A stretch of DNA of 64,000 nucleotides. Source: Eledone cirrhosa (Eukaryota). The stretch spans positions 17,400 to 81,399 of the forward strand of contig CAXHJY010000743.1 in NCBI GenBank assembly GCA_964016885.1, in the 5' to 3' direction. The notes beneath the pieces were generated by a model. The model had not been told where the DNA came from. It saw nothing but the letters and a program-made list of their open reading frames with translations, and did no database searches. The first letter of the stretch is position 1. Each line of letters starts with the position of its first letter. Shown here piece by piece: positions 56,531 through 64,000 of the stretch. Both the position numbers and the translations under genes were made by a program.

Positions 56531-57443
56531 AGTATATTTACATTCTAATTTGCATATTCATTATAAAGTACTACTTTTATTGGCCTTGTTGACATGACAA
56601 AACCCACTTTGCAAGATTTGAACTCTATATTGTAAGATATTGAACAAATTATTAATACAGTTTTGTAATGAACTATTGAACCATTCTACATTAAATACTA
56701 TATGGACCACACTATATTAATCAATTATCTTTAAAACTATGTCTATTACATCAATGCTGGTATATAGCCTTGTGAACAAAGACTTTGAGAGCTTGTAGGT
56801 TGTGAATACAAAAAAGTATCTTTTGGTTTCTTGTTAGTCATCTTTCAGAAATTACAATGATGAGTAAACACCACTTTATAGGCAGTGGTAATCATGGAAG
56901 GTGACTTTCTATGAGTATTTTAGGTTATATTCTACTTCTGTACTGCTAAAGCTCGAAAGCAAGTGAGCCACTTAAGAATTTTTTAGTTCTGATCTTTAAT
57001 TGTGTAAGGGATAACAGGGTAACTATCTAGGAAAATAGCTTCAGTCACCCACATGACTGTCTCCATTGGTACAAAGATGGAATACATTTGCAGCCAAGAG
57101 TAGTTGACATAGAACTGGACCAGTGAATCAACCTGAGAGATTCAGATCCTCCATGAAATGTAGATGATTGATCTTAGGTTCTCTGTTTTTCATCTGATAA
57201 CCAATATCTTTATCCTGTAAGACCATTGATAGTGGAATCATGGCAATCACAAAAAAAAACAATGGTGAGAAGAAATCTCCTTGAAATATTCTTCTTACTG
57301 AAAACATGCAAACTTAACAACAAAGAATCTATACATACATTCTTGGGAAGGAATCCACAACTGGCCAGAGGGATAGAACAACCGTCCTTCCCCCAAAGAC
57401 TAAGGTAAGTGATCCTTCTACTATTTCACCTTCTTCATTGACC

Positions 57444-58222
57444 ATGGCCTCTCTCAGGATAGGCAGTGTAAATGCATGTGGCCTGGAGTCGTCTTGGAAG
57501 CAGGCCTGCTCAGGTCACTAAACACAGATGTAGTGACAATCAGCTAGACCAGAATTTCCGACGCACAAACTTTTGCACCCATTTTGGTGGCTATGAGGTG
57601 TACACATCTCCAAACTGTCATGGATCTAGGGGCGGAGTCACTGTGTTCTTTCAGAAAGGCCTGGAAATCACGATATGAATCATCTTCTTAGATTCAAAAG
57701 GTAAGTTGGTGGTGCTGGACATGACTAACAGTGAAGAGCATGCCTTCAGACTTGTTGCCATCTATGCCCCCTACAGAGGCACGATGGCCTGAATTCTTCG
57801 GGGGTCTTGAGACCTTTCTAGGAATTTCCTGCTCTTTAATGTTAGTGGATAACTGGAATGGTATCTTGGATGCTCGTTGGGACTGTGTGGGACCAGCAGA
57901 TAGGGGAGGAGGGTGTAAAAGCCTCGCAAACCTGCTCAGACATTGCCAACTGCCTGACAGGTACCGACTGGATTTCCCAAATATGTCAATGTGGACATGG
58001 ACAAACTGCATCAGGTCATCCAGATCATATGTAGATAGGGTATTCTGTAGGGAAATAGATAAGACTAGTAGAAATTTTTCATAATTCAAAGTATTTGATT
58101 TCACAGACCACAAATTTGTGATTTGTGTAGTCAGTCAACCTAGATAGGCTTCACGGACAGGGACCTGGTTACTGGAAGCTGAACTTGTCATTCCTAGTGC
58201 ACAAAGGTTACAAAGACCAGAT
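57444..58222 (+). mobile_element. L1/Tx1-clade LINE ORF2 AP-endonuclease fragment (frameshifted)
   Basis: MASLRIGSVNACGL, FRLVAIYAP, DNWNGILD, WTWTN...SYVDRVF, TDHKFV and GPGYWKLN motifs. Confidence 0.85.
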
Positions 58223-58394
58223 TAAATCACCCTATCTCTTATCACTAAAGATCATGTGGTGTGGGGTTTGACAGCTTGGTCCAGCCCTCACTAGAACCCT
58301 AGTCTTATAATGTAAGCCCACAATTACAATTCATATAATAAATATATCCCAGTACTATGATTACCATATTTATTAGTTTTGAAATCTATTAATT

Positions 58395-58704
58395 ATAACG
58401 GAATGTCATTTGTATCTGGAGCAGATACAAACTATGTGGAAATGCCTAAACAGACTAAGATCTGGTGTTGGACGTGCAAAAGACACTCTCGCAAAATAAG
58501 GATATTTAAAGGATGGGGTTGTTGTGTGTGATTGCGGCATCAAACCACAGACTATGCAGCACCTCCTGATATGCCCCCCACTGGAACACCTCTGTACAGC
58601 AGTGGACTTGACAGAGTTTAATGAAAAAGGACAGCAATGTGTTCAGCTGTGGCAGAACATCTAGCCAAGCTTTGTAACTGGACACTCTTGTGGACACAAG
58701 AAGA
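58395..58704 (+). mobile_element. Vingi/Ingi-like LINE 3' end (CCHC knuckle)
   Basis: WKCLNRLRSGVGRAKDTLAK*GY...CDCGIKPQTMQHLLICP...QLWQNI*. Ends GGACACAAGAAGA. Confidence 0.75.
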
Positions 58705-59256
58705 TTTGTGTCATTTGGTTTATAGTGAATCAACAATGACAATGTTTCAAACAGCATTTGTAGGTAGGCACAAGTACCAGCTGTTAGCAGTCAATTTAGT
58801 TATTCAACTGACAACAGCTCACTATAATACTACTAAATAATACTACTATAATACTACTATGGCAAAAAACCAAAGAAGACAGATATACTTCATCAATTAC
58901 AATCTGTGATGCATTGTTGAATATTTCAATCAACATAGATGCTGAGCAACAATATGAGCCACCAACTGAGAAAACGACTTATGAAGGAGAAAACAGAAAG
59001 AGATATTAAAGGAAATAGGAATGAAAAATATCGACTTCATTATAAAGAAATAAAACCCCACAACTGGAGGAAAATTATGGGTACACAATTAACAAAGTAT
59101 GGAAATACAGTCTCAACAAAGAGAGGCAAGGAGATTGGTACAAAAAGAGAAATATATCAGATGAATTTGTTGGATGTTTGGTGGTATTGTTAATCCTTCA
59201 CCATTTTTTGGGATCAAGTCAATCAGAGACCAGTATTTTCTCAGCTATTTTAGCTA

Positions 59257-59665
59257 TCATCATCATTATCATCATCACCATTTAATGTCCATTTTTCCAT
59301 GCTAGTATGGGTTAGACGAGTTGTCCTGTTGTGAGCAATGCCAGGTCTAGTGACCATGTCTTGCTCATACAGAACTGATTTTGGCTTGGTTACTACAGCT
59401 GAATGCCCTTCCTAATGCCAACCTCATTTACAGTGAGTACTGGGTGCTTTTTGTTGTGATACTTACACGACTACTTTACAGTGTGGGCTGGGTGCTGTTT
59501 GTCATGACACCTACACAACCACCTTACAGTGTGGGTTGGAGGCTTCACTGGATGTAAGCTTCAGCTTGTCCTCATAGGAGATGCATGGGAAGGTGGAGTG
59601 GTGCATATTATATAAATGCTTTCGGCCTGTGCCTGTGGGAAGGCGAGTCTTCTGTATTACTGCAT
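59257..59665 (-). mobile_element. RTE 3' UTR fragment (similar short copies at ~16598, 19768, 32900, 63163)
   Basis: (CAT)n tail plus conserved GCCCTTCCTAA...CCAACC core. Confidence 0.8.
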
Positions 59666-61191
59666 ATAAAATGAAACACAAAAGAATTTCTCTTTTGACT
59701 TCACTCAGCAGAATGTAGCTGTAGCAGCTGTCCACTTTTCTTTTTCTGTGAACATCAGTATCACAGGAATCAACAGAATTTTTTCTTCCTTGTATGAAAA
59801 CATCAGTTAAGCAGAACTTAAATAAAAGACACTGCTCTGGCCTTGTGATACTAAAATTCAGAGCAGTTAAACAGCAATGTTGATGAAGCATGGGCTGGAA
59901 TTAGAAAGCAATGCATACAGAGAAAAATAACAAGTTTCAAATTATTACAACAAAAGAAAGGTTTGCATTAATGTACTGTAAAAAGCCAGTGTGGTATTTA
60001 TGTCTCTGAAAGGGTATAACTCAATAGGTGAACTTAGCTATTCGATAAATAGAGATTAAAGAATGTGAGGAGCATAACAAATACTAAGAACAATATAATT
60101 GACTAAAGATCTTTGAAGGTGATGCCCAAACATGGCTGCAGTCCATGCTTGGTTGTGGTTAAGACGTTTGCTTCACAATTGCATGAGTTCAAATTCAACA
60201 TCGCTGTGCAACACTTTAGGCAAGTGTTTTCTGCCAAAGCCTCAGGGTGAACAATGTCTTGTAAGAGGATATTTGGTAAACAGAACTTGAGTGGAAGCCT
60301 GTTAGAGGAAGGGGTTTTTTTTTGTTGTTGGGTAGTAAACTTGCACTATGTTGCAAGTGTGTTGGTTTGCTTCCCAAAAATATTTAGAAACTTCAGCATA
60401 CCTTGTTGTGACGTATGAGTGTGCGGGTCTCTCCCACTATTATTTTTAATTTTTGTAGATTTTATGTGAATTTCGATCTTTGGAGCCAAGTGAACACTGA
60501 CCTTAACTATTAATATGGACTATGGACTGCAGCCATGTTGGGGCATCACCTTCAAATATCTTTAGTAAAACAAAATTGCATAGTTTTTATATTAGTTTGG
60601 AGGCCACAGGGCTAATACTTAACTTTTAAATGATGTGAAAATATGACTCTCATAGCTATTTTCAGTGACTGTAAAGTAAAACTGAACTAACGTTTGGATT
60701 GGCCCGGTGACAAAAAAGTTCTTGTCACTGTTGGCGTGAGAGTGCTTGGTTAATCCATAACCTTAGCCTCACTATCACCTGCCTCAAAACGTATTAGACG
60801 GTAGTTCCAGCACCCTTTGTAGTGCGTATTCCTTCTCGCTTTTTAAAAAATACTGTTTCAAAATGACCTCCTTAGCAGTAAACTCAAGAGTGAATATATT
60901 TCCAAATGTAAATATTACAATGTGATAATTTGTATATTTGGTGAGAAATAAAAATTCATACATGGAGCTCCATAATGTATGAATAACAAATATTAAAATG
61001 TGTTTTGTATTGATTATTTTATCAATTACATTGTTAAAATGATTCATATAATTAGCTGATTAAAATGTGTTTTGTAGTGTATAATTATTCCACACCCTTT
61101 TTTTACTTCTGTTCCTTTCTTTTGTGCCTTTTTATGTGTTCATCGACATTTTATTTGTAATGTTCTTCTGAACGAATTGCGAGCAATTTAT

Positions 61192-61870
61192 AATTGTTTC
61201 TACTTTAAGCACAAGGTCAGCAATTACTCAGTGCATTACTGGTACTTTATTTTATCGACCCCGTAAGGATGAAAGGCAAAGTCAACCTTAGCGGGATTTG
61301 AACTCAGATCGTAAAGGGACGTAACTATGCTGGAAAGCATGGCGTCCGACCCTCTACTGATACTGTCAATAATTGTCTCTACTTTAGGCACAAGGCCAGC
61401 AAAAACCCAGTGCATTACTGGTACTTTATTTTATCGACCCTGTAAGGATGAAAGGCAAAGTCAACCTCGGCGGGATTTGAACTCAGATCGTAAAGGGACG
61501 TAACTATGCGTGATACTGCCAATAATTGTTTCTACTTTTTGGCACAAGGCCAGCAATTACCCAGTATATTACTGGTACTTTATTTTATCGACCTCGTAAG
61601 GATGAAAGGCAAAGTTAACCTCGGCGGGATTTGAATTCAGATCGTAAAGGGACGTAACTATGCGTGATACTGCCAATAATTGTTTCTACTTTTGGCACAA
61701 GGCCATCAATTATCCCAGTGCATTACTGGTACTTTATTTTATCGACCTCGTAAGGATGAAAGGCAAAGTCAACCTCGGCGGGATTTGAACTCAGATCGTA
61801 AAGGGACGTAACTATGCTGGAAAGCATGGTGTCTGACCCTCCACCGATACTGCCAATCCACCATGCCAAT
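61192..61870 (-). mobile_element. Head-to-tail tandem array of four SINE copies
   Basis: Units start at 61192, 61371, 61524 and 61678. Reverse complement of the 17032/55364 family. Confidence 0.93.
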
Positions 61871-62454
61871 AATGTTACTTAGACAACTGTGAATAAAATC
61901 TTTATTATTTCAAACAGTGAAAGTGTGAGAACTTTGTAAATACGAAACTAAATTAAAGTACGGCTTTATATTTTCTGTAGGTAATTTTATTTGTTTGATA
62001 TTTTTATTTTATATTCATTTTTCGCCCTCTAATATCGTCTGATCATATCTGTTTGTTATATTTCTATTTTATCGCATTTTACTCACAATCGTTCCCTTGT
62101 GTTGTGTAATTGGATATGTAAGGTTTCTCCCCCACTTCCTTTTTAATTCTTTTGTTTATTATTAGACCTATATACCTACATAGTCGTATTCATACTGATC
62201 AAGAGTATAAATATCTTCTTTTAATGTTAAACCAAAGAAGCAACGTCTTATTTTTTTTTTGCGAATGAATCTAAGATTATACCAATATTTTTGCATGGAA
62301 GATGTATCAATATTTGCTGTATACAGCTGTTTATTTGACAACGTACCTTATCTTTTGAATGATTTTGCTTTTATTTGTTCTACGCTTCATGAACGTACGC
62401 ATGATATATATCCAGCTCCCCTAACCGATAGAACTTACACCAATCTTCTTTAAA

Positions 62455-62702
62455 ATGTTGACAGTTCGAGTTTTAACAAAAACATTTAATCGTTTGTTCA
62501 TATCGCTTGAAAATAGCAATAGTTATGCATCTAGTACTTTCTTAAAATGTATTAATTCAGCCGATTCACGAAACTATTCTTCAGCTGTAAAAGAAATTGA
62601 CTATTCAAACCCCATAAAATTCATGGAATCACTAGGAGTTGAACCTGGAAAATATATTGATTATGCACTGGGAGTAACGAGCGTGAAACCCGGCGTCTTC
62701 AG
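62455..62702 (+). CDS. Probable first coding exon of a gene with a mitochondrial-presequence-like N-terminus (identity unknown)
   Basis: aaaATG start, 82 open codons, R/S/T-rich and acid-poor N-terminus ending RNYSS, donor CAG|gtaaaa. Confidence 0.6.
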
Positions 62703-62812
62703 GTAAAATTTTACTTCTTATTGGTTGTTAAGAAAAGATTTACAAAGGATATTGTAATTATAGCTTGAAGTTAGTACAGAGCTATTAATTTGTGGCAATA
62801 ACATCTTAATAA

Positions 62813-62985
62813 TAATTGTTTCTACTTTTGGCACAAGGCCAGCAATTACCCAGTGTATTACTGGTACTTTATTTTATCGACCCCGTAAGGATGAAAGGCA
62901 AAGTCAACCTCGGCAGGATTTGAACTCAGAATGGCAAGGGCCGTAACTCTATGCGTCAAAGCATGGCGTTCGACCCTCTACCGTC
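62813..62985 (-). mobile_element. MetaSINE-like SINE copy
   Basis: Reverse complement closely matches 17032-17207. Confidence 0.88.
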
Positions 62986-64000
62986 TTAATAATAATGAAT
63001 GCTCAGGTGCACCACAACTCGTCAATATAGTACATAGAATAATACACATCTTGTGATGGTGCTGCTTTTCCTGAAGGTTATTTCACTCTGATTTTGCATT
63101 TAGTGAAAGATACCCCAGCATAACTAACTCGTCTTTTCTTTTTGCATACTATACTTATGAATCATCATCATCACCGTTTTACGCCCGTTCTTCCACGCTA
63201 GCATGGGTTAGACGGGTTGTCCTGTTGTGAGCAGTGTCCGGTCGGCTGGCCTTGTCTTGCTCATACGGGAACTGATTCTGTCTTGATTTCTACAGCTGGA
63301 TGCCCTTCCTAACACCAACCTCATTTACAGTGAGTGCTGGGTGCTTTTTTTCCGTGGCGCCTACACGTCCACTTTACAGTGTGGGTTGGGTGCTTTTTTG
63401 CCGTGGCACCTCCACGACCACTTTGCAGTGGGAGCGTGTGGGTGCATATTGTCTATATGCTTCATCTTCGGCTTGTACCCGTGGGGGGTCGGGTCAAATA
63501 GATTACTCAATATTTTAAAGATAGAAGGGCGCTGTTTGAAGAAGATTCGGCTTTCATTTCTATCAGGTCAAGTGATCATGTAGGGAGTCCCTGGGTGACT
63601 GCGCCTCACTCCAATATCATTAGGGCAATTTTTTACATTTTCACCTATCTCACATTAGAGGTGAAATTTGCCGATGGTTTATAATGTGTTTTGAACGAAT
63701 CTGACCTTTAAAATCGCCGGACAACATTCGTGGTTTTTAGTTAACCCGGGGGTGGGGGAGCACTAACCAATAGATTTGAAGAGAAACACAACTGGTACAT
63801 GTTATTGACAGTATGATCTTCCCAAAGTACAACAATATCTGTTTCAACACAATTTCACATTAATAATTTTGCAAAACAAATACAAAAAATGATATAATGA
63901 TAATACGATGAGAACCTATTTTATATTTGAAAGACCATTAGTATAAAATATATATATATTGGTCACTTGTATTTAAGATGATGGTTTGTTTGCTATTTGA

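Noticed and set aside
61192-61870. CRISPR-like regular repeats
   Set aside because: Units are 150-190 bp SINE copies with no unique spacers, there are no cas genes, and the context is eukaryotic.

Overview
AT-rich, repeat-dense eukaryotic genomic DNA. The SINE/RTE repertoire and huge (TA/TATG)n arrays suggest a cephalopod such as octopus (inference). Genes: the last four coding exons of SLC38A7 (+, 12634-21104); a complete two-coding-exon UBXN6 (-, 34741-31167); an unannotated single-pass membrane ORF (-, 42434-42125) whose donor joins in frame to an acceptor at 34934 and which stops 98 nt before the UBXN6 ATG, suggesting a bicistronic mRNA; and a probable first exon of a mitochondrially targeted protein (+, 62455-62702). 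The rest is mobile DNA and repeats: an ~8.5 kb TA/TATG microsatellite, a DD37D (maT) transposon, many RTE LINE copies with a PHD-like finger inside the RT region, CR1, L2-like, Tx1/L1, Vingi and CRE fragments, a Gypsy 3' fragment, a non-autonomous Helitron, piggyBac/hAT/Tc1 MITEs and several SINE families including a tandem array. Two long palindromes stand out: one holds a type I hammerhead ribozyme motif, the other a tRNA-like cloverleaf between perfect 123-bp arms. All calls were made by eye and no database searches were run.
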